From the NCBI GenBank assembly GCA_963713045.1, contig CAVQKE010000001.1:96001-160000 (forward strand): a stretch of 64,000 nt of DNA, written 5' to 3'. Source of the DNA: an uncultured delta proteobacterium. Its GTDB lineage: Bacteria; Myxococcota; Myxococcia; Myxococcales; Myxococcaceae. Position numbers and translations under genes: made by a program. Below are positions 8,423-18,814 of the stretch, one piece after another; within the stretch, counting starts at the first letter, position 1, and the number at the start of each line of letters is the position of its first letter. The notes under the pieces are model-generated. The model worked only from the letters and a program-made list of their open reading frames with translations. It made no database searches and was not told where the DNA came from.

Positions 8423-11236
8423 TCACGGCTGAGGCGCACACGCCGTGTCGGTGACAGTCTCGATTGCAATGGCAGTCAGCGCTGCGCAGTAGTCGAGATC
8501 GATGTTCTCCAGCGTGTCATGGGTGTCGTGGTAGCCTTTACGGCTGATGTCATAATTCTCCATAAACAGCACAACAGGAATTCCGAGGTCTGAAAGAATC
8601 TGCCCATCTGTGTTGAACAGCGCCGAGCGTGGCTCCCACTCGACCCGCACTTCGCCGTGCAGCGCCAAGTGAGCAAATAGCGGCGGCGGCGGGTAAGGCG
8701 GCGCGTCCTTGACTCGCTGCGCACGGCCGGCGCGTGCGCGAACGGGCTCACGGTTTAACCGGTCGACCAAGCGGTTCCATCGCAAGTTCGCGCGATGTGC
8801 GCGACGCGCTAAGCGGGCTGAGGCCGCACCTTCGCCAGATGCGATCTGGAAAACATCGCGATCGCGATCTGCGTTGTGGCCAATCATGTCGAGTACGAAC
8901 GCGCCGACCACGCGAACGGCGGACACGTCGCGGGCACCCCCGTCCTCGGCGGTAAAGCTCAGGCGGTGCTCAACGAGCGCCTGGCACAGCGCACGCGCAC
9001 CCATGCAGTCTGCCGGGAACTCCTCTCCAGTGAGGTGGACGAGCCAGACGTCGCGGGCGAGTTTTCCGGCTCGGGCAAGCGGGAGCAACTGTTCTGCCGC
9101 AAGCAGCAGCGCAGTCGTCGCCGAGTGGTTGTCATCCGCGCCGCACGCCGGGGCCCGGAGAGCATCACCGCCGCTCTCTGGGTAGTAGACATCTTCCATG
9201 TAGGCCGTGTCGTAGTGATCGGCCATGATGACCGCTTCGCTGCGGTTCGCCCCCGGTATCACAACGACGATGTTGCGCTCATTCGGCGCCTGCTGGTTCT
9301 TGGCCCAGCCCTCCATCCAAGGGAACTCGAAATCGGTCTCCCATCGGAAGACGTGGTCGACCACTTCAGCACGCCCGGACATGCCGTGCCTGGCGATGAG
9401 GTCGCGGTAGCACGCATGTAGGTACTCACCGAGCGCTTCGAGCTCGCGACGCATGTGGCATTTCACGTGCGCGAGCGCCCCCGGAGCTCCACCGCACTTC
9501 CCCCGGTTCACGCGAATTCCGTCCGCGTCGTTCTTCTGGCGGAACTGGTGTGCAAGCGTTGCAATCGAGGTCCAGAGTTCCTCCTCAAAAGCGCGCGTCC
9601 CAAACTGCTCCAGCACCACTGCTGGCCCAGGGTCTTCGTCAGGCGCGAGGCTCGCGCGCAGTGTCGTCGCCAGGCGTGCCCCCGCGTGGCAATCCGACGC
9701 ATGTCCCTGAAGCTTCCCAATCCAGTCTTCGAGAGAGACCTCTTTGCCAAGATGAACCACCGCACGAGCGAAGCTGCGCGGGAGGGGCGTCCGCAACGAC
9801 TCCGCCGCCTCAAGAAGCTTGCGCACGTTGTGACTCGTGGTGTGGCGCGCGCGTTCTCGGTCGCGTTCGAAGAAGCGTGCAGCCGCGTCGTGGGGGGACC
9901 GACTCAGCAGACGGGGAGTGAGTCGCAACGTTGGCACCCCGTCGGCTTCGGCGGTCGCATAACCCAGCGGTCCAGCGGTGAAGCGTCCTGCACCTGCGCG
10001 GGCGACCAGCGGTAGGTGCCAAAACACCTCGCGCAGGCCGGCCCGCATCGGCGGGTAGTACAAGCGGTAGCCAAAGCGGCCTCCGGCATCGACGACGGCG
10101 GCGGCGCGCTGAAGAGCTGCGCGATCGGCCCGCGGCCCGTCAAGCAGGAGCTTATAGTCCTCCGTCCAAATCTGCGAATTGCGCGCGAGCGGCTTGTCGT
10201 AGAGACCGATTGCCTCCGGGTCTGTCGAAAACAGCGCGACCGACACCTTGTCCGTGTACATGCCATCGCCGTGGATACCCGCATCGCGCGCCACTCGCTG
10301 CCAGCGATGCGTACGGGTAACGTGGGAAACGACACGATGTCCATGCGGGCTTCGTCCCGTGACGGGATCGAATTCATCCAGCCAGCCTGACTGCGGGATA
10401 CGAATCGCACAGCTTCCCTCCACCCGCGGGAACAAATGGAGCAGCGGAATCTGCGCCGCACGTGGCAGCTCGCGCCCGAGCGCGCGGTACCGCGGATGCT
10501 CGAACAAGACGAGACTCGCCGGGGAGGGAACTAGAACGAGCTCGCCGCTGAGATAGGCCTTCCGCACCCCAGTTGGCAGCTGAGCGAACGGCTCGAATGT
10601 CACGAGCGTCCGGATAGACTTCAGAGGGCCGCCAACCAGGAGGCGCCCGCGCAGAGCGGCTGGCAACTGCTCCGGCTGTGCGAGAATCCGCCAGGCGTCA
10701 TCGAGCCCCGCCCAGCCGAGCAGTTTGGCTAGTTTCGCCTCATCAAGCCCATTCCAAAACGGGGCCCCAGCCGGTTCATGGCTGGCACCAAAGAGAGTCC
10801 AGGGGTTGTTGCCCTTGTCATCCTGGGTACGCGACAAGGCGATTGGACAGACGACCACCAGCGGATCATGCGATAGCTTTCCGGCATTCGCTGCGTCAGC
10901 GAGCTCGCCCGGCCACGCCGGGTTGCCTTCGAGCAGCGTCCGCGAAACTGCGCGTGTCTGGCCGCGAACGAGTCTCCCGAATTCGGAGAGCAAGTGGTCG
11001 GCAATGCGCTCGAGGCCGGGCTCGAGGTCGTGCGCTTGCTCATACTCATCAATGTCGAGGGCGTCAGCGCCGGTTACTGCGAACGATGTCGGCGCATCGG
11101 CGCAATCTGGCGCGTAGGGCTTGATGCCGACGTACGGCGGCGGCATGAACTCCGAATATGCTCGCAGCGGGAAGCGCCGCGTTGTGTGAAAGGCGTCTCG
11201 GGCTTCAGCCTCAATCTGTTCCCAGGCGTCGCTCAT
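8423..11236 (-). CDS. Large protein with C-terminal M28 family metallopeptidase domain
   Basis: ADHYDT, GADDNHS, GEEF, LDMIG, TDG, YHDTHDT zinc-ligand motifs in the last ~300 aa; ~600 aa unrecognised N-terminus. Confidence 0.8.
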   Translation of the reverse strand: MSDAWEQIEAEARDAFHTTRRFPLRAYSEFMPPPYVGIKPYAPDCADAPTSFAVTGADALDIDEYEQAHDLEPGLERIADHLLSEFGRLVRGQTRAVSRTLLEGNPAWPGELADAANAGKLSHDPLVVVCPIALSRTQDDKGNNPWTLFGASHEPAGAPFWNGLDEAKLAKLLGWAGLDDAWRILAQPEQLPAALRGRLLVGGPLKSIRTLVTFEPFAQLPTGVRKAYLSGELVLVPSPASLVLFEHPRYRALGRELPRAAQIPLLHLFPRVEGSCAIRIPQSGWLDEFDPVTGRSPHGHRVVSHVTRTHRWQRVARDAGIHGDGMYTDKVSVALFSTDPEAIGLYDKPLARNSQIWTEDYKLLLDGPRADRAALQRAAAVVDAGGRFGYRLYYPPMRAGLREVFWHLPLVARAGAGRFTAGPLGYATAEADGVPTLRLTPRLLSRSPHDAAARFFERDRERARHTTSHNVRKLLEAAESLRTPLPRSFARAVVHLGKEVSLEDWIGKLQGHASDCHAGARLATTLRASLAPDEDPGPAVVLEQFGTRAFEEELWTSIATLAHQFRQKNDADGIRVNRGKCGGAPGALAHVKCHMRRELEALGEYLHACYRDLIARHGMSGRAEVVDHVFRWETDFEFPWMEGWAKNQQAPNERNIVVVIPGANRSEAVIMADHYDTAYMEDVYYPESGGDALRAPACGADDNHSATTALLLAAEQLLPLARAGKLARDVWLVHLTGEEFPADCMGARALCQALVEHRLSFTAEDGGARDVSAVRVVGAFVLDMIGHNADRDRDVFQIASGEGAASARLARRAHRANLRWNRLVDRLNREPVRARAGRAQRVKDAPPYPPPPLFAHLALHGEVRVEWEPRSALFNTDGQILSDLGIPVVLFMENYDISRKGYHDTHDTLENIDLDYCAALTAIAIETVTDTACAPQP

Positions 11237-11266
11237 TACCCCGACTGTACGCTAGGCTTGGCTGGC

Positions 11267-11857
11267 GTGGCGGCCACTGCCAGGTTCCGAATCGTCTGGA
11301 ACACCGACATCGGCGAGCTGGTCGCGGCCGAACCTCAGCTGTCGGATGTTCCCACCCACGCCGCCGAGTTGGCGAGCGGTTACAACGATCCGGAAAACGC
11401 GCCTCTCATGGGACATATCAACGCCTTCTCCGAGGCGGACGTCGTCGCGCACTACCAATCGCTGCTCGTGGAGGGTGGCCGACCATTTCTTCTCTATCTC
11501 GACGGTAAACTTGTCGGGGATGCCGACCTGCGCTGCTTTCGAGACGGAGCCGCGGAGTTCGCGTTCATGATTGCTGCGCGTGATCAACAGGGGAAAGGCC
11601 TCGGCACAAAGTTCGCGCTCATGGTCCACGCATTCGCCTTCACCACGCTAGGGCTCGAACGAGTCTACGCGTCGATTGTTCCTGAGAACCGTGCGTCCCG
11701 CCGCGTATTCGAAAAACTCGGCTACACGCTCGACCACAGCGCCGAGGCACGATCATTTGCGGACGAAGCGGGTGATGTCATGCTGGTAATCGACCGCGCG
11801 ACATTTGAACGAGCAAACGTCGCGAAGCTCGGGCAGCTCTGCATCACTCCATCTTAA
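11267..11857 (+). CDS. GNAT family N-acetyltransferase (RimJ/RimL-like)
   Basis: QQGKGLGT acetyl-CoA motif, PENRASRRVFEKLGY; GTG start approximate. Confidence 0.8.
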   Translation: MAATARFRIVWNTDIGELVAAEPQLSDVPTHAAELASGYNDPENAPLMGHINAFSEADVVAHYQSLLVEGGRPFLLYLDGKLVGDADLRCFRDGAAEFAFMIAARDQQGKGLGTKFALMVHAFAFTTLGLERVYASIVPENRASRRVFEKLGYTLDHSAEARSFADEAGDVMLVIDRATFERANVAKLGQLCITPS

Positions 11858-12168
11858 CTAGAATCCGAAGCGTCGCGTTCAAACCCGCGCGCGAGCAAGT
11901 GGTTCAGGCGCACAAGAGGACATCGGCGGCGCTCTCCGTGGTGGCCCGGCAACGCCATCGCCTGGTGGACATTCGGCCCAAAGCGGAGGAGGAGTCAGAG
12001 CGGGGAACTTGGATTCCACTCTTGGCCGAATCGTTAGAGCCTCACATGACGTTCTAGTCCTCGGCGTGGCAGCCTACCGGTGTGCCACTACCTCAGCTCC
12101 TGGTCGTGGTTCGAGGCGCTCAACGGCGGCAAGGGTGTCATCAAGGCGTTTTGCGACGTCAATCCGTT

Positions 12169-14242
12169 ATGAGGAAGCCTTCGCCAAAGAGAATGCCGCT
12201 TGTCGTCGGACGGGAGACGTGCCGGGACTACGCCAAATCGTCGCGCCTCGAGTGGTTGGAAACCAATGGGACGGGCGCCTTCGCGATGGGAACGGCGGCG
12301 GGAGCAAACACCCGGCGGTACCACGGGCTTCTCGTTGCCAGCCTCCGGCCACCCGTCGACCGGGTGGTCACGCTGTCACGCTTGGAAGAAACACTGCTCG
12401 GGCCGTCCGGAGACGTCCCGCTCGCAACCAACCAGTACCCGGGGACCCTCTACCCGAAGGGCTTCGAGCTCCTCACCCAATTTCGTCTCGAGCCGTGCCC
12501 GACGTGGGAATTTCAAGTCGGAGACGCGCGCATCGAGCGCCGGCTGTTCCTGGTCCCGGGACAACAGACGGTTGTGATGCTCTACCGGAGTGACCGACCC
12601 GTTCGTCTGCGCGTCGAACCGCTGTTCGCATTTCGCGACTACCACGCTCTTGCCCATCGAAACGATGGAGTCGATGCGGCAGTCAGCGAACAAGCAGCCA
12701 ACGACGTGCGACAACTCACATTCCGTCCTTACCCGGGCCTGCCGCCAATTTCTCTCTACCATCCTGGCGAGTCCTTCACGCTCGCCCCCGCGTGGCGCGA
12801 AAATGTCGAGTACTTGGAGGAACTCGACCGGGGCCTGGATTTTCGAGAGGACCTCTTTCTTCCCGGTGGCTTCATCCTCGACGTTCGACCACAGCGCTTT
12901 GGCTGGGTAGTAGCCACTCTCGAAAACTCCTCGGCGCAGGACGCTGCCACCGTCCTAGGTCTGGAAAAGGCCATGATGGCGCGCCGGAGCCGAGCCGAGG
13001 ACCCGGTGAGCATGTGTCTCGGCGGCGCTGCGGAGCAGTTCTCCGTGTCCAGGGCGGACCTTTCACCCACCATCATCGCCGGGTACCCCTGGTTCACCGA
13101 CTGGGGCGAGACACGATGATTGCTTTGCCCGGCCTGCTCATCGCGCAGGGGAAGCTCGCCGTCGCGCGCCAGGTCTTGGAGGGGTTTCTGCGCTGTCTCG
13201 ACGGCGGCCTCGTCCCCAACCGGTTTCCCGACCAGGCTGGTCCGGCGGAATACAACACTGTCGACGCGACGCTCTGGATGTTTCAGGCGGTGCGGGCTGA
13301 CCTCACCGCTGGCGGCGACCGCACGTTCCTCAAGAACATCTTCTACCCTGCGGCTCGCGGCATCATCGCTGCCCACGTGCGTGGGACGCACCACGGGATT
13401 CACGTCGATGCCGAGGACGGGCTGCTCGTCGCCGGCGGACCAGGCGCCAACCTGACGTGGATGGACGCCCGCGTCGACGGCCGACCGGTGACGCCGCGGC
13501 ACGGAAAGCCGGTCGAGGTAAATGCCCTTTGGTACAACGCCCTGAGGTTGATGGAACGCTGGGCGACCGACGTCGGCGGGCCGCTGGAAGCCGCCGAGTA
13601 CCGTGGTTTGGCCGACCGAGTCGAGCTGTCGTTTTCAGAGCTCTTTTGGAATCCAGCTCGGAATTGCCTTTACGACGTCGATTCTCCCCGAAGGCCCCGA
13701 TGGCCGGGTGCGCCCCAATCAACTGTTGGCGCTCAGTCTTCCGTTTCCCCTCCTCGACGAGACGCGCCGCCTTTCCGTCCTCCGCACGGTGGAGTCGGAT
13801 TCTGCTCACGCCGGTGGGACTCCGGACGTTGGCACCGGGAGAAGCGGGCTACCAACCGCGCTACCGCGGAGGTCCCGCAGAGCGCGACGCCGCCTACCAC
13901 CAAGGTCTGGTCTGGCCCTGGCTGCTGGGACCCTTCGTCGATGCCTACCTCGTCATTCACGGCAGCAGTGAGGCGACGCGGGCCCACTGTCGGACACTGT
14001 TGCGCGGCCTCGAGGCGCACCTCATGGAAGAGGCGTGCCTGGGCTCGGTCTCGGAATGCTTCGAGGCAGAGGCGCCGTTTCGCCCGGTCGGTGCCCCGGC
14101 TCAGGCGTGGAGCGTCGCTGAGCTGCTTCGTTTACGGAATCAGGTGCTCGTCGAGCCCGTCAACGAGGCGAAGGCGACCGCAATCCCGTGGAAGGGCATC
14201 CTCGCCTCGGTGGGAGTGGCAGGCTTCGGACGATTCCAATGA
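12169..14242 (+). pseudogene. Glycogen debranching enzyme (amylo-alpha-1,6-glucosidase), 3 frameshifts (real decay or sequencing error)
   Basis: EWLETNG.G...TRRYHGLL, IIAGYPWFTDWG|RDTMI, TWMDA, PRHGKPVEVNALWYNAL, RPNQL, GLRTL, YHQG.VWPWL, AQAWSVAE spread over frames; shifts at ~13107, ~13681, ~13800. Confidence 0.85.
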
Positions 14243-15049
14243 AGTGGACCACGGCGCATTTCGCGGAATATGCAATCGAAGCAGTCTTGCTCGCAGTGTT
14301 TATGGTTTCAGCTTGCGGCTTCGGTGTGCTCCTGGAGCATCCGAGCTCACCCGTGCATCAGACTCTGCGCGACCCCACACTGCGTCGCGCCCTGATGGGA
14401 TTGGCCATGGGCACACACGGCCGTTCTCCTCATCTATTCACCCTGGGGCGCCCGGTCCGGGGCGCATTTCAATCCGTCGGTCACCGCCGTCTTCTATGCA
14501 CTCGGTAGAATCTCGGGCCGCGACGCTGTTGCGTACATCGGAGCCCAATTCGTTGGGGGCGTTGCAGGTGTCCAGCTCGCAAAGGCCTTGCTCGGTGAGC
14601 GGCTAGCGCACTCCTCAGTGGGTTACGTGCGGACTCAGCCGGGGTGGGTGCTGCCTTCGCCGCCGAGATTCTCATCTCGGCGCTGTTGATGGCCACCGTC
14701 GTGGGGCTCACCGGCACGAAGCTGGCGCGCTGGACGGGTGTCGTTTGCGCTGGTGGTGTTGTTTATCACCTTTGAGGCGCCCTTCTCTGGCATGAGTATG
14801 AATCCTGCCCGGTCCTTTGCTTCGGCCGCGGGAGCGGGTACGTTGCATTTGCTCTGGCTCTATTTCGTCGCCCCACCCCTCGGAATGGCGTTGGGTGCGA
14901 CAATGGCTCTCGGGCTGCGTGCTGCGCCCGCCTGTCCCAAGCTTCACCACCCCGACAGCCAGCCCTGCATTTTCTGCGGCCACCTCCCTCCAGGGGCCCA
15001 GTCAACGCGCGTGCGGGCAGCGTCGGCCAGCCGGGAAGTGACGCCATGA
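14239..15049 (+). pseudogene. Aquaporin/MIP family channel, 3 frameshifts
   Basis: SGAHFNPSVT (~14460) and SGMSMNPARS (~14790) boxes; shifts at ~14417, ~14645, ~14745; ATGA coupling to the debranching gene. Confidence 0.85.
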
Positions 15050-15537
15050 CGCTGCTCCGAGGTCTCGTTCCCATTCTACTTTTGGTTGCCACTTCGACTG
15101 GACAGGGAGGCGGCCTCCCGACGAAGAAGGTCATCACGCTTCAAGTTGCGAAGCGCATCGCTGAGGCAGCCGAGGCGGAGGCCGAGCGCCGGAAATCGAC
15201 CGTCGTGGTGGCGATAGTCGATGATGGCGGCTATCTCCTTGTGCTTCATCGCCTTGACGACACGCAGGTAGCGAGCGTGGAGGTTGGCATCGGGAAAGCG
15301 CGTACGGCAGCGATTTTTCGCCGACCGAGCAGAGCCTTCGAGGAGCAGACTCGAGAGGGTCGGGTGGCAGCCCTTGCGCTCCCGGGAGCAACACCGCTCC
15401 AAGGTGGAATTCCCCTCGTCTACGAAGGCAAAGTCATCGGTGCCATCGGGGTGAGTGGAAATACGCCACAGGAAGACGAGGACATCGCCAAGGTCGGGGC
15501 CGCGGCCTTGGAAGCTGCGATTCTAGCTGTGAAGTAG
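15046..15537 (+). CDS. GlcG/HbpS family heme-binding protein, exported
   Basis: VAIVDDGG...GKARTAA.F.RPS...GGIPL...IGAIGVSG...DEDIA; hydrophobic signal peptide. Confidence 0.9.
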   Translation: MTLLRGLVPILLLVATSTGQGGGLPTKKVITLQVAKRIAEAAEAEAERRKSTVVVAIVDDGGYLLVLHRLDDTQVASVEVGIGKARTAAIFRRPSRAFEEQTREGRVAALALPGATPLQGGIPLVYEGKVIGAIGVSGNTPQEDEDIAKVGAAALEAAILAVK

Positions 15538-15847
15538 TTATGCACGCGCTTCCGCCCTCCTGCCACACGGGGGTGGAAGGACGTCTTTCGGGCCCGTCTC
15601 TAAGCGGTGCTGGGGGCGTGCGTCCTTCAGAGGGTCCTCCGCCACGCGTAGCGCCCCGGATTCGGTGCAGGAAAGCCCAGCCCAAGCGGCCGAAGCCCAA
15701 GGCGCGCGGGGCAGGGACTCCTGAATTCACCCGTGGAGCGGCACGCGGACTGCGGGGTGCGCCAGCGTCCAAACGGGGGCGTGAGAGGAATTGCCACGCC
15801 GGAGCGTCATTAGGGGACAGTAGGACTCGCCTCTAGGGGGGCCACGT

Positions 15848-17311
15848 ATGTTCAGACGCATTGGTGTCTTCGGAGTCTTTCTCCTTTTCGGAGGTTGCGG
15901 CAGCACGCCAACCCCCTCGCAAACCACCCCCACCGCGACGGACATCCCCGGCGAGTGTGAGCGGCCCGCTCAGCACTAACCTCTCGGCGCTGGCCCAGAG
16001 CCTGAGCGGCCAATCTGCTCTTGCCGCCCACGCCGCCGCGCTGGCACTGCAGGCCGGTGTCCAAGCTGAGCAGGTGACGCTCACCGCGAGTGAGGATGCC
16101 CTGGCGGCCCCCGGCGGTGCGGCCAGCGACGCACTCCCGTCGCAGCGGCGCGGTGAGCATGGGGGGTTTCGCCTCCGCCTACGGATTCCAACTGACCATC
16201 CTAAACCAGCCCGCCAACTCAGGGCCTTCCGTCTACTCTGGCGTCCTGGCCTACTACGACCAATACGACTATGTGCTCGTCCAGGGCGAATATGGTGGGG
16301 GCGCAGCGGAAGTCGCAATTCCCTCCCCAGCCATTGGGCTCATCGAGGTGTCAGGCACCAGCGGGGGTTTTATGGGTGGCGAGTGCGGGGCAGGAGGTCG
16401 CAGAAATCGGCACGCAGTCTGGCTCTTGTAATACCCTTCCCGCCTCCATCACCACCTGCAACAAGGCCAGTTTCACCACTGCCGGTTTTAACATTACGGC
16501 CTCGATGCTGTTCTCCGGCGGGAATCCCTCGAGGCTGGCCGCCCTGCCCAACGTCACCAACCCCCCCCTCCCGGGAGTCGCCCTCACCGTCGACTGTTCC
16601 CTACCGGCAGCGGCGACGGTGTGTGGCGTAAGTACTTCGACTTCCGTCTCCATCCACCGCGTCTCGATCCAGCGCAACGGTAGCGCCGGGCGGCACCTAC
16701 CAGTTCGAAGCGTATGTGACTGGGACGTCGGCTCAGGTGATGTGGACCGTTACAGGGGGGACCCGAACCGGGAATGGTGTCGCAGACGGCGAGCGGCTCA
16801 ACCACAACGTACACAGCGCCGTCCACCCCGGGCGGCCCCTACACCGTCACGGCGACCGTCGGCGGCAAGTCCAGCTCGGCCGACTGTGAACGTAGCGGAG
16901 CCGGCGCCCAGCTTTCTGGGTTATTGGGAGGGAAGCTATTCCATTACCGACAGCTTGACGCCACCCGTCACGGCGTCGGGAACTGACACCACGTTCCCCA
17001 TCAACCAGTCAGGGAGTGGCCTTAGCTTCGGCTTTCTCTGTGCTTCGCCTGGGCTGCAAGCGACTCAAACTTCTGCAACAACCTTTACAATCGTTAACAG
17101 CACGTGCGGACTCGCTGTAACACCCCCAGGCTGCCCGGGAGCCACGCTCACCTTGACCGGTGGTACGGGGACTCTCACTTACTCCGCAACGATCGCCAAT
17201 TATGTGCTCACCCTGACTGACCTTCAGGGCACCAGCAACGGTTTATTCGGGACTCCGTGCAGCGAGCAGACCGGCTTCACGGGGGGTACATTTACCGGAA
17301 ACCCTGACTAA
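15848..17311 (+). pseudogene. Ser/Thr/Gly-rich lipoprotein with Ig-like segment, multiple frameshifts
   Basis: MFRRIGVFGVFLLFGGC lipobox; coding-like text hops among ORFs 15861, 16090, 16271, 16774 (YTAPSTPGGPYTVTATVGGKS) and ends at 17311. Confidence 0.6.
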
Positions 17312-17817
17312 CCCATAGAGCCAAGCGCGCACCCAAGGCCCGACATGCTGGAAGGCCAGCACGAAGGCGAGGAAGTGCACCCATCAGGCGAGCCCCGCAC
17401 CGAGCGGCGGGTTCGGTCAGATGTTCTGGAAAGCGGAGGCCGCCAGAGAATTGGCAGAGAAGGGCTCCCGTCGGGGACAGGAGAGCCGGCGGAGGGATTC
17501 GAGAACGCCAGCGAGGCGCGGAGCCCTTCGGCGGAGCGGTTCGACGTCGCGAGACTGCGCGAGGCGCTGGGGTCGGCTGCGGCCACGAGGCCTTCGCGCT
17601 GAAAGCCGGCTCTCCGAAGCGCAACAGCACGATTTCCCGGGAGTGCGATCGACCCGGGTCGCGTGACGTCGGCTATGACGTCGACGTAGGCCGCATAAGC
17701 GGCGTAGCGCCTCGGAGTCACTGCCCGTCCCTTTGAGTTCTGAGTGGATTTCGCGAGTCGGGCGGGCGGCGGCCCAAGACATGGCCGTGGCGAGGATCAG
17801 GTTGCAGCTGCTCTCAG

Positions 17818-17834
17818 TAAGTGTATTACACTTA
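17818..17834. promoter_or_regulatory. Palindromic operator upstream of brnT (probable TA autoregulation)
   Basis: Perfect 8-bp inverted repeat TAAGTGTA-T-TACACTTA ending 4 nt before the GTG start. Confidence 0.7.
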
Positions 17835-17838
17835 TGAT

Positions 17839-18112
17839 GTGCGATTCACTTGGGATCCGAGAAAGCCCGCCGTCAACCTGCGCAAGCACGGGGTCTCCAT
17901 CAGGAGGCGGCTTCGATCTTGCGGATCCGTTGCCGCTAGCCGTCGAGGATGCCGTCGATCCCGGGCGTACGCTCCTGATCGGATTGTCGGATCGGCGGCG
18001 GCGTGGGTCCTCCTCTCCGTCTATACGGGAGATCGAAGACGACACGATCCGTATCATCAGCGCTCGACGGGCCACATCGCACGAGAGGAGACACCATGAA
18101 GAAGGCACGTAG
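17839..18112 (+). pseudogene. brnT: BrnT family type II toxin, frameshifted
   Basis: RFTWDPRK...NLRKHGVS..EAA...ADPL...RTLLIGLS...VYT..EDDTIRIISARRAT.HER across several frames. Confidence 0.8.
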
Positions 18113-18400
18113 ACACGAAGACCCGTCCCGAGCCGCACTAAGGGAAATGCCCGAGGTGGACTTCGAGACTGCCCAGGTTCGGCGCAACCCGTACGCGAAG
18201 CGTATTGCCGCCGAGGGCATCGTTCACGTTCGTCCTGGTAGGCCAAGGAAGGGGGAGGAGAGCGGCCCTACCATCCCTCGCTCGATCCGGTACCGGCCCC
18301 CGTCTGGAAGCGGCTCGAAAAGCGCGCCAAGGCTGAAGGGATTACACTGCACGCTGCGCTTCGCGCGGCCATTATCGAGTGGGTGAGCCGCTCTCTCTAG
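18096..18400 (+). pseudogene. BrnA-like antitoxin with C-terminal RHH domain, one frameshift
   Basis: EMPEVDF...RRNPYAKR...GRPRKG...RSIR|VPAPVWKRLEKRAKAEGITLHAALRAAIIEW*; shift ~18289; overlaps the toxin end. Confidence 0.75.
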
Positions 18401-18567
18401 CCCGTGCTGACGGGCAGCGCGGCAGCGCCGAGATCGAAGTTGACGGCCTGAACAATGCCGCCAGCGCGTCGGGTAGCGCGCACACTCTGTGGCAGCGAAC
18501 CTGGGACTCACGCGACCGGAAGCCGCGAAACGTGTTCAGAAGCGCGGGAGAAACCTAAGCGAGTCGG

Positions 18568-18683
18568 CGCACCTGATGACCAGCACCTTGCGAGAGGCGG
18601 TGCAGGTTCTCAACGCTCGGGCACATATCGGGCACATGAGCAGTCCGGTTCGCCGGTTAAGCAGCGTAACCAGGAAAACACTG
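18568..18683 (+). mobile_element. Tyrosine-integrase C-terminal remnant and att arm region at the tRNA-His 3' end
   Basis: AHLMTSTLREAVQVL resembles the (Y)AHL...LREAV tail; tandem TCGGGCACAT repeats at 18617-18626 and 18628-18637. Confidence 0.5.
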
Positions 18684-18757
18684 GGCGACCAACCGGGGTC
18701 GAACCGGTAACCCCCGGAGCCACAGTCCGGTGCTCTGCCAGTTGAGCTATGGTCGCC
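18684..18757 (-). tRNA. tRNA-His(GTG)
   Basis: G-1 plus GCGACCA acceptor, anticodon loop CTGTGGC, GGTTCGACCC, C73 discriminator. Confidence 0.95.
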
Positions 18758-18814
18758 GCGACGGGGACTGCCTAGCGGAAACGCCAACGGGCATCAAGCC
18801 GCCCGCGCCAGAAG

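Noticed and set aside
13100..13810. Programmed ribosomal frameshifting in the debranching enzyme
   Set aside because: Several shifts in both directions, no canonical slippery heptamers, and neighbouring genes are equally affected
8071..17502. CGGAGGGA(A/T)TCGA shared by tRNA-Arg and 17490 as an attL/attR pair
   Set aside because: The acceptor-stem sequences differ and the copy lies on the 5' side of the tRNA; similarity is explained by generic T-arm sequence
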